Shown in pieces: positions 53,599 through 64,000 of a DNA stretch of 64,000 nt (positions are counted from its first letter, which is position 1; every line of letters starts with the position of its first letter). A program made the translations under genes and the position numbers. The DNA is from Chloropicon primus (lineage: Eukaryota), in the NCBI GenBank assembly GCA_023205875.1, contig CP060765.1:62001-126000 (forward strand), in the 5' to 3' direction. Below the pieces are notes generated by a model that saw only the letters and a list, made by a program, of their open reading frames with translations, made no database searches and was not told the origin of the DNA.

Positions 53599-54565
53599 AT
53601 GACGACGATGAAGACGATCGAGGCTTGTGCGATCCTCGCGGCTTTGTTCGCGATCGCGCCCGCGGCGGGCGCATCGGGAGAGTTCACCTACCAGGCAAAC
53701 GGATTAGACTGGGATGAAGTAAGCAAAGAAAAGAATACGCCAAGGCCCGATCTCAATTACTGATCCTTTCCCTTCTTCATCACCATCACCATCTCCTTCT
53801 CCTCGTCCTCTCGTCTCCTCTCAGGTTGCCGAGCTCTGCGGGACCGGCATGGCGCAGAGCCCGATTGATATCGTGAGCGCAAACGCCGTCCCGGCCTCCG
53901 CCCAGAAGGGCAATAGGGGCCTGACGACCTTCGACTTCGCTCCTGGCACGGACATCGTCATCGAGAACACCGGCCACGGCCTCAACACCATGTTCGACGT
54001 GACGGACTTGTCCGCGGTGATCGAAACGCCTGAGGGCCCTCAGTCCCTGGAGCCCCTGCAGTTTCACTGGCACAGCCCCTCCGAGCATTCCATCGACGGT
54101 GTCATCTATCCGATGGAAGTTCACCTGGTGACCAAGACGAACGTTACGGGAGACCTCGCCGTGGTCGGCATGATGTACAAGTACGGCAGCGAGAACGCTC
54201 TGCTGAACAAGCTTTGGCCGTCCGAGGCGGATGACTTTGCCTTCAGAATCAAGGGCGAGGACAGCGCAGCAGAGGAGGCCTACCTCCACGAGAAGGGCGC
54301 CAAGACCGAAACCGGGGCGACCATCGATGTGATGAAGGAGCTCCTCCCGGCGAGCAAGGACTACTTTGCCTACAGGGGGTCCCTGACCACGCCTCCTTGC
54401 TCCGAGGGCGTCTACTGGCATGTCTTGAAGACCCCTCTCGAGGCCTCCGTCGACCAAGTTCTCAACTTCCAGAATGTCCTGGCGGAGACCTCAGCGGGAG
54501 TAAGGACGAACAACCGCTCCCCTACCCCGGTGAACGGCCGCGAGATCGTCAGCTTCCCCAACTGA
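53599..54565 (+). CDS. Alpha-carbonic anhydrase, secreted/periplasmic type; exons 53599-53718, 53825-54565
   Basis: Signal peptide, QSPIDI, QFHWHSPSEH, EVHLV, YRGSLTTPPCSEGVYW and NNR motifs. Confidence 0.93.
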
Positions 54566-54913
54566 GCAACCTCCAAGCTCAAGTGCAGCGCAGGCAAGTC
54601 TCTAGTAGTGCCTAGGGTTGTTTCTAGCGGAGGATCGCTATCCCCAAGCTCAAGTACAGTGCATGCAAGTCTCTAGTAGCGTCTTCTCCTCCCCAGCCCG
54701 TGGTTTATATAGTCTCTCAAGAAGCAGCCAGTCTGTAATGCATGATTGCATGTTTTCGGGTACGAAGCAATCCGTCCGTCCTCGTGGACCAAGCCAATCA
54801 AACGATGAAAGGATACAATTACATTTTCGCGTTGTCTTGTAAGATGTCTTGCGGCGTGACGCCCCGTTGCGCGCTCCTCTCCCCCCCACACACACAACCC
54901 CTTCTCTCCCTCC

Positions 54914-55028
54914 CTACTGAATCGTTGGATTGTCGTAAAGCGGCGACCGGACTGGGTGCATAACACAAGAGCGAGCGAGTGAAAAAGCGAGTCAGCACAG
55001 GTATCGTCCTGCTCCTTCCTCTTCCTCG

Positions 55029-55077
<49 letters not shown>

Positions 55078-55628
55078 AGAGGGACAGGAAAGCAACTTAC
55101 TCAGGGTCGACTCAATCACCGGCGTGCTTAGCTTGAACAGGAGGATCACGATGAAAGCGCAGAGACTGATGAAGCCGATGCGCCAGATTTTCCCTGTTGT
55201 TGAAGATCGAAACGAAACAATATCGTGGGTGTCAGCCTCAGTCTGGATCTCAAAATCCTCAAGGCTTTGGCCGCCGTGTTGGTGTTGTCATCATTCATTC
55301 ATTCATTCATTCATTCCAATGACGATGCCTCAATCTAAAACTCACCGAAGTCCTCTTCGTCGATGTTGGTCTGGTCCGCCTTCTCCGCATCCTCGATCAT
55401 CTTCTCCAGCTGCTTCTCCTGGTCCTCCCCGAAGAAGCTGCTCATCCTCATCCTCATCCTCATCCTCATCCTCACTACTCCTGTGCTGCTCCTCCCACGA
55501 GTAGAAGAAGGGGTTCCTGGCCATCCTCTCCTCCTTGATCTTCTGAAGACCAAAGCACCCGAGGGAGACCCGTCGCAACCTTCCACGACTCCTCCTCCTC
55601 CTCTCGCCATCCTCATCCTCATCCTCAT
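54914..55628 (-). CDS. Small single-pass membrane protein with a transit-peptide-like N-terminus; exons 55628-55346, 55193-55101, 54951-54914
   Basis: Two canonical introns (GTGAGT...ACAG; GTAAGT...CTGAC...CCAG) give ...EEDFGKIWRIGFISLCAFIVILLFKLSTPVIESTLIRSPLYDNPTIQ*. Confidence 0.7.
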
Positions 55629-55927
55629 CCTCTCTCGGACCAATCTCAGGACCGCCTCTCCCTCTCGAACACGTAGGCAGCTCGTTCGAAAGAGGACGAC
55701 TTCAGCGACGACGACGAGACAATTCTTCCAGTAACGCTCCCCTCCTCCTCCGACCGTAACGCCCCGACGCGTCCTCTAACCGCCGCCTTCTCCTGCTGCT
55801 GCTCTGCTTCGCCTGTTATCCGAAGCCAAAGTATTCTGTGGCTCACAGGCGTCCGGTGGAGAAGAGGTAAGTTTGCCAGAGCGATGCAGGGCGGCCGGGC
55901 GAGAGGCGGTCGAGGGGAGGCGCACCG

Positions 55928-56881
55928 ATGGACGCGTCTCGTTCTCCTCTTTCGATGGAGTGGTCGCGTGAAAGATTTGGTTCCGTCATGAGGATGACTG
56001 ACGAGGTTTGGGTTGCTGCTTGCCTAGGGATCAGGAGCGCGAGGCGATGGCCGTGGAGTGAAGGGAATGGGATGTGGAGGGGTTTTCTGGGAAGGAGGGG
56101 AGTGTTGAGCGCAAGGACACGACTGGTGATGACGAGATCATTCTCTTCCGGTTGTTCGGGAGGAATTGGGACCGAGAAGCTCGATTGGGACGTCAAGGGA
56201 AGGGTGGAGGGTGGGAGCAAGGTGGTGCTGTTGGCGTGTGGGAGCTTCAACCCGCCGCACAAGGTGCACTTGAGGATGTTGGAGCTGGCGAAGGATGCGT
56301 TGGATAAGTCTGGGGTCCCCGTCCTTGGGGCTTACATGTCCCCGGTGAGCAGCCACTACAAGAAGAAGGGTCTGGTGGACGCGGAGCACAGGGTGGCTAT
56401 GTGCCAGCTGGCAGCGGCGCAGTCACCCGTCGTCATGGTGGACGACTGGGAGGCGACCCAGCCCCAGTGGTCGAGAACGCACGACGTGCTGGACAGCGTG
56501 CGGGAGCGGGTGGGCCGGGCTCTGGCGGAGAAGAAGGGCGGTGCCGGTGACGTTCGAGTCATGATCGTCTGCGGTTCCGACCTCATAGAGAGCTTCAAGG
56601 TTCCCAACTTGTGGTCGGACGAGCACCTCGAGAGCCTCGTGATCGATCACGGGATAGTGTGCATATCGAGATCGGGGTACGACGGGAAGGCGACACTGGA
56701 CAGCATCCCGGCTCTGCACGAGAGGAAGGAGGAGTGGCAGATGGTCTTCGTGGAAAACGACTTCCTGACTGACCTCAGCTCCACGAAGCTGAGGGCTGCC
56801 TTGGACTCGGACGAGTCCATTGCGGACTTGGTGCCAGAGGGGGTTTACGGGTACATTCTGGAGCACTCCCTGTACAAGTGA
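55928..56881 (+). CDS. NMNAT: Nicotinamide/nicotinate mononucleotide adenylyltransferase (start uncertain)
   Basis: LACGSFNPPHKVHLRM, MSPVSSHYKKKGL, WEATQ, CGSDLIESF..P.LW and LSSTKLR motifs. Confidence 0.93.
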   Translation: MDASRSPLSMEWSRERFGSVMRMTDEVWVAACLGIRSARRWPWSEGNGMWRGFLGRRGVLSARTRLVMTRSFSSGCSGGIGTEKLDWDVKGRVEGGSKVVLLACGSFNPPHKVHLRMLELAKDALDKSGVPVLGAYMSPVSSHYKKKGLVDAEHRVAMCQLAAAQSPVVMVDDWEATQPQWSRTHDVLDSVRERVGRALAEKKGGAGDVRVMIVCGSDLIESFKVPNLWSDEHLESLVIDHGIVCISRSGYDGKATLDSIPALHERKEEWQMVFVENDFLTDLSSTKLRAALDSDESIADLVPEGVYGYILEHSLYK

Positions 56882-56966
56882 ACAAATAATTTTATTCTGT
56901 TAACAACACAAAGCGCAACGATGTGGCGCCTGTAATTTTTTTTACAAAAGCCCTCCCCCTGGATTC

Positions 56967-59900
56967 TTAGACAATCTGCCTCAGTCTCGTGTACCTGTTC
57001 TTCGTGGCCTTTATCTTGTTGCGCCTGCTCGTGGATATTCGCTTCCACAGGAAGAGGAGGGCGAGACAGGCGATGACGACCAGAAAGCCATAAATTTGTC
57101 TCTGGTAGTACGCTTCAAAGATTTTTCTGGCGTCGACTCGGGGCCTCAGCGACGCCCACTCGGGCTCGGTGGTCGTCGGCGGGGCGCGGCCGACCAGAGT
57201 TTCTTCTTCTATGTGTTCCCCGACTCTCTCATCTGCCCGGCCTCCCTGCCCTTCCCCTGGCTCGCCCTTATCAGCCTCCTGGACGGGCTCGGCCTCCTTT
57301 GCTTTTGGAACCTCTTCGGCGCCTTGGCTTTGCCGCTGGTACAGCGGGGCATTGGTGTGGCATCCCATAGGCCTCTTCAGAACTCTCAGCGCATCTTCCT
57401 CGAGGAGTTCATCCGCCCCGGGAGCTCTGGTTCTTGTTCCCACGTATCCCTGGTTGTGCACCTGGCCGTTTCTGATCCAGGAAGGATAAGCTCTTCCAGA
57501 CGCGTAACTGACAAAGTCCAGGAAGATCTCCGGGTGCAAGGAATTGCCGAGGTTCTCATCAAAGGCACTCGTGTCACAGTAAGCGACAACTTTCCCTTTG
57601 CCCGCCGCGGTCAAGCCAAGAACAGGCGAGCCGCCCCCTGAGAGGCTGAAGAGCGAAGACTGCGGAGGAAGGCGGTGCAAGGAAGTTCCCGTGCCCACCG
57701 GAATCGAGGTTCTGCCCAAGCGGAGTTGGCCTTTCGTAACTTCGTCCGAAAATGCGATTCCAAAGGGCGAAAGAAGCCTGTTCAGAGCCGGAACGTTGCC
57801 TCCCCCCACAATGGGGCTCCATATGCTTCTCGTGTTGTCGTCAAAGATTTTCAGTCTTTGCATCTGCCGCCTGTTGTACCACTCCCCGATCACGAGAAGC
57901 CCAAGACCTCCCTGCTTCACGTCACTTTCCAGCTTTGCGATCTCCTCTTGGTGGAACTCTCCCTCCGAGTCGCAAAGCACGAGCGTGCCGTAGTTGGAGG
58001 CGTCGAAGCAGGTCATGGAAGATCCCAGTACCTCAACGTAGTACCCATTACCGGTGAGGTAGTTGAACACTTCGCGGAAATTGGTGTGGGGGTGGTCCCC
58101 GTTCCAGTCCAGCATTTCCCTGCGGTACTCAAGGTCATCTATCGGGATGTAATCGGGGGGGTACTGGATGTTGTGGTAATCGTCCCACAGAACCCTTTGG
58201 TTCCTCGGTGGAGTAGGAATCACCATGGCCGTAAAGTCCACCTTGACCTCCTGCTCCCGCCCGTTCTTCTCCCCAGGAAAAGGAGGGGAATGGATCGTAA
58301 AGGTGATCGTGCCCTTCGCCCGCCCAGAAGAGAAACGCGCTGACTCCTTGACGTGAACGAAAAGGCCCAGGTACCCGCTCCAGGGCCACAAAACGTTGCT
58401 GTGCTCGAATTTGAAGACGAGCTCTCGGCCCAACGTGTTCGTTGGCGTCCACACCGGCTCTTTCTTGAAGTAGCCGTGGGATCCCAAGCCGTTCGTGATC
58501 GTGAGGTTCATCATCAGAGGCATGGCGCTGGCGTACAGAGGACTTCGTGAGTGGGGCCACATGTACTGCATATCATCCAAGAGATCGATTTTGGGGGGAA
58601 AGATCGTCACCTTGGGCTTGTACGTCTGCATGATTGCAAAGGACTTCGCCAAGTTCGCCTTTCCTGGTCCCTGGGCATAGATGCTCACCCCCCTGAGCTT
58701 GTCAGCGCCTTCCATGAGAACCTGCTTCATGGATGCGGGGTTGAGCTTCCAGTACCAGTCCTCCTCGGGCACAGAGCTTGCGATGAGGGCTGCAAGGCCT
58801 GTAGCGACTGGCGCAGCAATGCTCGTGCCAGACGATTCCTTGCAGCCCCTCTCTATCCTGAGGCTGCTCACTTGCTCCCCGTAAGTCACCACGTCTGGCT
58901 TGATTCTGCCATACCCATAAGGAGCCTCTTGTATCGTCATGCCCCTCACCTGAAAGTTTGCAATGTCGAAGTTAGAGTTGTGCCCCCCCACGCCGATTGT
59001 AAACATCTCATCGCCAGGATTATTCGCCGTGCCCCACAACGGACCCATGTTCCCCATCGCCACGATCACTATGATGCCGTTCCCCGCGGCCTCCTTGAAC
59101 TTGTCCACAAAAGGCGTGTCAGAGTAGTCAGGGCCGCCTATGGACACGTTGATGATGTGCACCTTCTTTATCATCGCGAAGTTCACGGCATCGAGGTACC
59201 AGGAAGTGAACGACTCCTGGTCGTCCGTGAAAACCTTGAACGTGTACAGTTCCGCGTCAGGGGCGTTGGCAGGGCACTGGGGGTTGACTGAGGCTATGCA
59301 CCCGGCCACGAAGGACCCGTGGCCGAGACCGTCGCTCAAGCTCTGCTGGTGAGTGAAATTCGACCTGAACTCGACGTGCTTCAGGTCAGGGTGGTCTTGC
59401 CTCACCCCCGTGTCAAAGATCCCCACCCTGATCTTCTGCCCCGTGAAGCCAAGCTTCCATATTTTTTCCGGCTTGTACAGGGACTTCAGCTGCCCTTTCT
59501 TGAAGGACGGCCAACCGAACTTCAAGGTTCTCCCCGCCCTAGTAGAAGTCTTCGTCTGCCCGCTCCCTCCATCTAGGCCCTCCGAGGAGAACGGACCGTG
59601 CAAGCGACCGGGACCTTTCACCAGAATGTCCTCGGGACCCAATTCTTCGGCCACCTTGTCCCACATGGATCTGTAGTCGGACTCTGTCGTGCTCAGGAGC
59701 CCGCGTCCCGCAATTTTGTTGTCCGCGAAGATCCCCTTGACCATATCGACGCCCCGAAGCGCCGGCAGGACGGACTCATCCGTCACCGAAACGACACCAA
59801 AGTCGGTGGGATACTTCACAGCAGCGTTCTTCCTGTCGACCCAATTCCATCCCCCTCTCTGCGTCTCGTTCAGCTCCGTGTTCAACCTCTCCGTCAGCCT

Positions 59901-60386
59901 CGCACGGTGCTCCCCAACCAGCTTGTAGTCCCTGAAAGTCACGACAAACCTCCTGGCAAACCTTTCGACCGGCTCGTCCACCACAGAAGCAGTGAAGTCC
60001 AAGTCAGCCCTCTCCAGGCCCTCCCTTCCCTCCCGCTCCACCCCACCATCGCGGCCATTGGCCTCAGCACTCCTCCAGGCATCGCCGACCGTCAAGTTCC
60101 TCCCCGTCCACAACGCTGGACACTTCCCCTCGTGTCCAACAACATGCTCCTGCTGCTGATGCTGATGCTGATGATGATGATGATGATCATGATGATGATG
60201 ATCATTATAATAATGTTGGATCCCTTCCTCCACAAAGTTCGTCCAAGCGCATGACATGAGAATCGCGACGAGTGCGATGGCCAGAGCTCTTGTAACGCGC
60301 GACTGAGTCGTAACGCACGAGGAGGACCACCGCCCACCCTTCCCGGTCCTCACCTTCTTCTCCTCCATGGGGTTCGTGTTCGTCAT
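56967..60386 (-). CDS. S1P: Site-1 protease (SKI-1/SBT6.1 subtilase)
   Basis: Catalytic triad FDTG, HGSFVAG and SGTSIAAP; YGRIKPDVV; LWDDYHNIQYPP..IP.DDL; DWNGDHPHTNF; C-terminal TM segment and basic tail. Confidence 0.95.
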   Translation of the reverse strand: MTNTNPMEEKKVRTGKGGRWSSSCVTTQSRVTRALAIALVAILMSCAWTNFVEEGIQHYYNDHHHHDHHHHHQHQHQQQEHVVGHEGKCPALWTGRNLTVGDAWRSAEANGRDGGVEREGREGLERADLDFTASVVDEPVERFARRFVVTFRDYKLVGEHRARLTERLNTELNETQRGGWNWVDRKNAAVKYPTDFGVVSVTDESVLPALRGVDMVKGIFADNKIAGRGLLSTTESDYRSMWDKVAEELGPEDILVKGPGRLHGPFSSEGLDGGSGQTKTSTRAGRTLKFGWPSFKKGQLKSLYKPEKIWKLGFTGQKIRVGIFDTGVRQDHPDLKHVEFRSNFTHQQSLSDGLGHGSFVAGCIASVNPQCPANAPDAELYTFKVFTDDQESFTSWYLDAVNFAMIKKVHIINVSIGGPDYSDTPFVDKFKEAAGNGIIVIVAMGNMGPLWGTANNPGDEMFTIGVGGHNSNFDIANFQVRGMTIQEAPYGYGRIKPDVVTYGEQVSSLRIERGCKESSGTSIAAPVATGLAALIASSVPEEDWYWKLNPASMKQVLMEGADKLRGVSIYAQGPGKANLAKSFAIMQTYKPKVTIFPPKIDLLDDMQYMWPHSRSPLYASAMPLMMNLTITNGLGSHGYFKKEPVWTPTNTLGRELVFKFEHSNVLWPWSGYLGLFVHVKESARFSSGRAKGTITFTIHSPPFPGEKNGREQEVKVDFTAMVIPTPPRNQRVLWDDYHNIQYPPDYIPIDDLEYRREMLDWNGDHPHTNFREVFNYLTGNGYYVEVLGSSMTCFDASNYGTLVLCDSEGEFHQEEIAKLESDVKQGGLGLLVIGEWYNRRQMQRLKIFDDNTRSIWSPIVGGGNVPALNRLLSPFGIAFSDEVTKGQLRLGRTSIPVGTGTSLHRLPPQSSLFSLSGGGSPVLGLTAAGKGKVVAYCDTSAFDENLGNSLHPEIFLDFVSYASGRAYPSWIRNGQVHNQGYVGTRTRAPGADELLEEDALRVLKRPMGCHTNAPLYQRQSQGAEEVPKAKEAEPVQEADKGEPGEGQGGRADERVGEHIEEETLVGRAPPTTTEPEWASLRPRVDARKIFEAYYQRQIYGFLVVIACLALLFLWKRISTSRRNKIKATKNRYTRLRQIV

Positions 60387-61019
60387 CCCTTCAAACAATC
60401 CTCTTCACCGAAGCGTTTCTTTCGAGAGAGAGCTCGTTCGAAAGCTAAGAGAGAGACAAAAGTGATCGTGACCCCCCGACTCTCCCTCCCTCCCTGCCCC
60501 GCCCCTCTTCCCGCGCCCCTCCGCGCCGCAACTCCCTCCCCTCCGTCGTCTATATGCGCCACCCCAGCGATCACACACTGAGCGCGCAAAGGTGAGTCGA
60601 AGTGATCGCGATCGATCGCGATCGCGACGGAAAAGTGGACGAGGACATGGGTGGAGGCAAGAGGAGGCGGAACAGGTGAAAGCGTCTTGCTCTTGTCTTT
60701 CGAATGAGCGGTCGTTCGAAGGGATTGAGTTTCGGATGAACTGATTTTGAATCGGTTTTGTTTGGATTGGACAAGCAGCAGCAGAGGAGAGAGAGAGAGA
60801 GGTGAGTCTTCGAGGACGATTCATGGTCTTCGAGAGCAAAAACAGAGGGAGAACGACACACAGGTGAAAGATTATCGTTCTAAGCTTTCGAATGAGTGGT
60901 CGATCGAAGGGAATGGCCTCCGAGATGAGTATTTTTTTTGTTGTTGACACCGATCGATCGATCGATTGCCTTGTTCTCTTCATGGCACAGAGAAGGGAGG
61001 GAGCGTTGACTTGTGAGAG

Positions 61020-61195
61020 ATGAACGCGCAGGAGCGCTACGACAAGTTCGTCCTTCCTGATGACGTGGACAAGGTCACCGTTGTGAAGGACACGAAGATA
61101 GAAAACGCCGTCGCCATCACCGTGGAGAGAGAAGGTGAGTCTTGGGTTTTGGCCTTCTCCTTCAACACCAACGTCATCATCATCAACATCAACAT

Positions 61196-61226
<31 letters not shown>

Positions 61227-61640
61227 GTGGTGGTGGCGTTGTCCTCCTCGAACTTCAATGCTGACCGCCACCACCCTTCTTTCTTTTGTGTGTCTCTTTC
61301 TTCACCACCGCCGTCTGCCGTGTCCTTCGTTTCGTCGTCGTAGACCACACCATAGGTAACTTGGTGAGGCACGAGCTTCACAGAGACACGGAACATGTGA
61401 AGTTTGCGGGATACAAGGTGAGTTGCCTCTTGCTTGCTTGTCTGACCGATGTCCTGACCCCATCGCCCTCGACGCTGTCATCGTCTTCGCAAGGTTGAGC
61501 ACCCACTCGAACACAAAGTGAAGTTTCAGGTCAAGGGCTCCAAGGACAGGGACCCAATCGAGTGCTTCAAGGACGCGCTGCAGCGGCTGGACAAGGAGAT
61601 GGACAGCATCGAGCATGCCATCACATCGAAGATGGCGTAA
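61020..61640 (+). CDS. RPB11: RNA polymerase II subunit RPB11; exons 61020-61134, 61344-61417, 61494-61640
   Basis: MNAQERYDKFVLP...EREDHTIGNLVR...VKFAGYKVEHPLEH after splicing. Confidence 0.93.
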
Positions 61641-61743
61641 GAACACCAACGGGGTGGATGGGGATGGGGCGAAAGGGTGTAGGGAAGAATAACAAACATA
61701 GCATCTGTTGTGCGAACGATGACTAATAGTAAAACAGTTTAGA

Positions 61744-63165
61744 TTAGATCTGGCCAAGAACACCTGTTTTCTTCTTCTTCCCGAGGCCCAGCTGGCCGCA
61801 AGCTGCCATCTTGTCGTCCCCCCGGCTATCCCGAATCGTGCAAACAAGGTTCTGGCTCACCAGGTGTGCGCGAAAGTTCTTCACGGCATCCATGTCCGCA
61901 GGCACAAACGGCGAGCCCTCAAACGTGTTGAACACTAGGAGGTTTACCTTGGCTTCGACGTTTTCCAGCAGCTTCACCAACCTCTTCGCATCGCTCGTCG
62001 TGTCGTTCACTCCTTCCAGCATGACGTACTCGATCAGCACGTGCCTGCCATGGCTTCCCTTGGTCCGGCCCTTTGGAAACAGCTCCTCCAGCGTTTCCAC
62101 AACTTCCTTGAGGGAATACTAACGGCGAGAGCAAGGAGAGGCTCGGTCAGTGGATCGTGAAGAAAGGCCTCGCGTCGAGAGAGAGCGAGAGCGAGAGCGA
62201 GAGCGAAGACGCACCTTGTTGTTTGTAGGCACGATCGATGACCTCGACTCCTCCGTTGTGGCGTGCAAAGACAGGGCGAGCTGGGCATCGGTCTCTTGGG
62301 CGAACCTCCTCATTTCCGGCACCAGGCCGACAGTGCTCACCGTGATCTTTCTCTGAGAGAACTGGGTGTAGCCCTTGGACTCCGTGGTCAGGATTTTGAT
62401 CGCCTTGAGCACCGCGTCCAGGTTGTGGAACGGTTCGCCCATCCCCATGAACACGATGTTAGTGACGGGGAGGTGGGTCCCCCTCTGCATTCTCTTCGCT
62501 TGGACCACTTGCTCGACGATCTCCCCGGCGGTGAGGTTCGCTTGCAGGCCCATGAGTCCAGTGTAACAGAACTTGCACCCCATGGCGCAACCGACTTGCG
62601 AAGAAACACAAACGGTGACCCTCGGCTTGCTTCCCTCCTTGTCGACGGGAATCAGAACCGTCTCTATATTCAGCCCATCCGCTTCCCTCTGGAAGATCAG
62701 CTTCGTGGTTCCGTCAGACGCTGACCTCGAGTCCGTGAGAGTCATCCCTGCCCCTGGCTCGACCCTCTTCTCACCCACTTTGCTGAGAAACCTTTGGGAG
62801 AAGCCCATGTCCTCTCCGTTCCCCTGGCCCTCGTCCTCCCACTCGGACTTGAGGTAAGCATCGCCGTAGAGGTGCGTCCACACGTGCCTAGCTCGCTTCC
62901 TGGGCTCCTCCAGCTCCTTCTCGCAGTAATCCCCAAGCTCCTCGAGCGTGAAGTCTTTCAGGTACGTCGTACTCGTCGTACTCGTCGTCGTTGGATCCTC
63001 GTCCAGCAACGCTCGTGCTGCAGTGCTGCCACGGACACGATGACCAGCACGGAAGGACAACCTCGTGGAGGATATTGGCCTCTGAGGGAGTCCAGACCCC
63101 TCGTCCCTCGTTCGCCCCGACGTACCTTTCCACGACAACGTTGAACCCCTCAATGCCCTCGTCAT
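61744..63165 (-). CDS. rlmN: RlmN-type radical SAM RNA methyltransferase, probably organellar; exons 63165-62215, 62118-61744
   Basis: CVSSQVGCAMGCKFCYTG, VFMGMGEP, SLHA, EYVML.GVND and AACGQL motifs. Confidence 0.93.
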
Positions 63166-63383
63166 CTCGACGCTAGGAATCAATCAATCTTTGCTCCCAG
63201 ACGTCGTCAATCCTTTGGCGATGCGACTCGACCAAGGTACCAATGGAAAGATCGCGAGACGCACTTTCGCGTGGTACCCTTCCCTTCTCCTCTTCTTTGC
63301 CCCTCTCGCTTCCCTCCTGCGCCAAAGTCTTCGTCCTTTCTTGCTCGAGCAAGCGAGCGAGAAGGACAGACAAGTGGATAAGG

Positions 63384-63558
63384 ATGGCGTCGAGTGTGAG
63401 GCTGAGGTTTCGTTTCAGGTCGAGTGGATCACGTGGACGGGAAAGGGGAAGCGTTGAAGGGCGATGCGACTCGATACGTTGCTCATCGACGGCCAGCACG
63501 GGGACAAGCCTCGAGCAACTGGCGAGGATGACGACTCTTTCGGTCGATACGGTAAGCA

Positions 63559-63611
<53 letters not shown>

Positions 63612-64000
63612 ATCTCAACCTTGGAAGCAGCTTGAAGCTGAGTGTGTGTGAGAGAGAGAGAGAGGGGGGGGGTGGCAGTATCATTAACACCTGCTTCACC
63701 TGCTGCCTCACCTGCTGGTTCACTTGATTCGTCCCAGGGGGATCTCGAGACGGTGCGGAGGATGGTGGACACAGGATTGATCACGGATGCCACGACGAAC
63801 CCGTTGTTCGTGTCTCAGGCTGGTCAAAGTGGCAACCCTCTGTACCAGGAGATGGTGGATGAGGCGGTGAGGTACGCGGTGGAGGAGTGTTGGGATCCCG
63901 ACGACCCTCACGGCGGGAGGCTCGGCCTTGCAGTGGATCGGCTGGCTGTCAACCTGGGTGCTTCGATCGCGAGCATTGTTCCAGGGTACATCTCCACGGA
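63384..64000 (+). CDS. TAL: Transaldolase, 5' part (exon 63384-63551, then 63738 to the window edge)
   Basis: SLEQLARMTTLSVDT/GD, DATTNP and AVDRLAVNLG...VPGYISTE, plus a transit peptide. Confidence 0.88.
63560..63609. repeat. (CA)n microsatellite in the transaldolase intron
   Basis: Directly visible. Confidence 0.9.

Noticed and set aside
54573..54679. Two 36-bp direct repeats separated by 35 bp (CRISPR-like geometry) after the carbonic anhydrase stop
   Set aside because: Only two copies with three mismatches, in a 3' UTR with no cas genes. A local duplication is the simpler explanation.
25021..63165. Functional clustering of ribosome-biogenesis genes (MRP, snoRNAs, NOB1, NAF1, RlmN)
   Set aside because: Outside the snoRNA/MRP host these genes are scattered among unrelated ones, as expected by chance in a compact genome.

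Overview
Gene-dense, GC-rich nuclear DNA from a eukaryote. Short GT-AG introns with CTGAC/CTAAC branch sites, TGTAA motifs near 3' ends and plastid-targeted CHLM and PGRL1 point to a small-genome chlorophyte green alga (Chloropicon-like is my inference). About 32 protein-coding genes can be modelled, including CEP131, GME, FBXO21-like, acyl-CoA oxidase, cystinosin, NAA50, GST, CHLM, PGRL1, CAPZA, NOB1, CPL-like phosphatase, three MFS transporters, NDUFS5, SULTR, NF-YA, NAF1, alpha-CA, NMNAT, S1P, RPB11, RlmN and transaldolase. The most striking feature is invisible in the ORF track. At ~24.9-25.9 kb (+) an apparently non-coding spliced host transcript carries three consecutive introns holding, in order, a box C/D snoRNA, the RNase MRP RNA and a second, double-guide box C/D snoRNA. 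The first two introns are joined by a zero-length exon (CAG|GTAAGG, recursive-splice-like) and the next exon is 10 nt. The MRP RNA contains an internal T5 run and has no Pol III promoter context, suggesting it is made from a Pol II intron. Other oddities are a protein with two tandem SBP-like Cys/His domains, a secreted GxGT-repeat beta-solenoid candidate, a phased ~31-bp motif array upstream of the sulfate transporter, a frameshifted HARE-HTH-like gene and a 2.3-kb AT-rich island. All calls come from reading the sequence; no searches were run.
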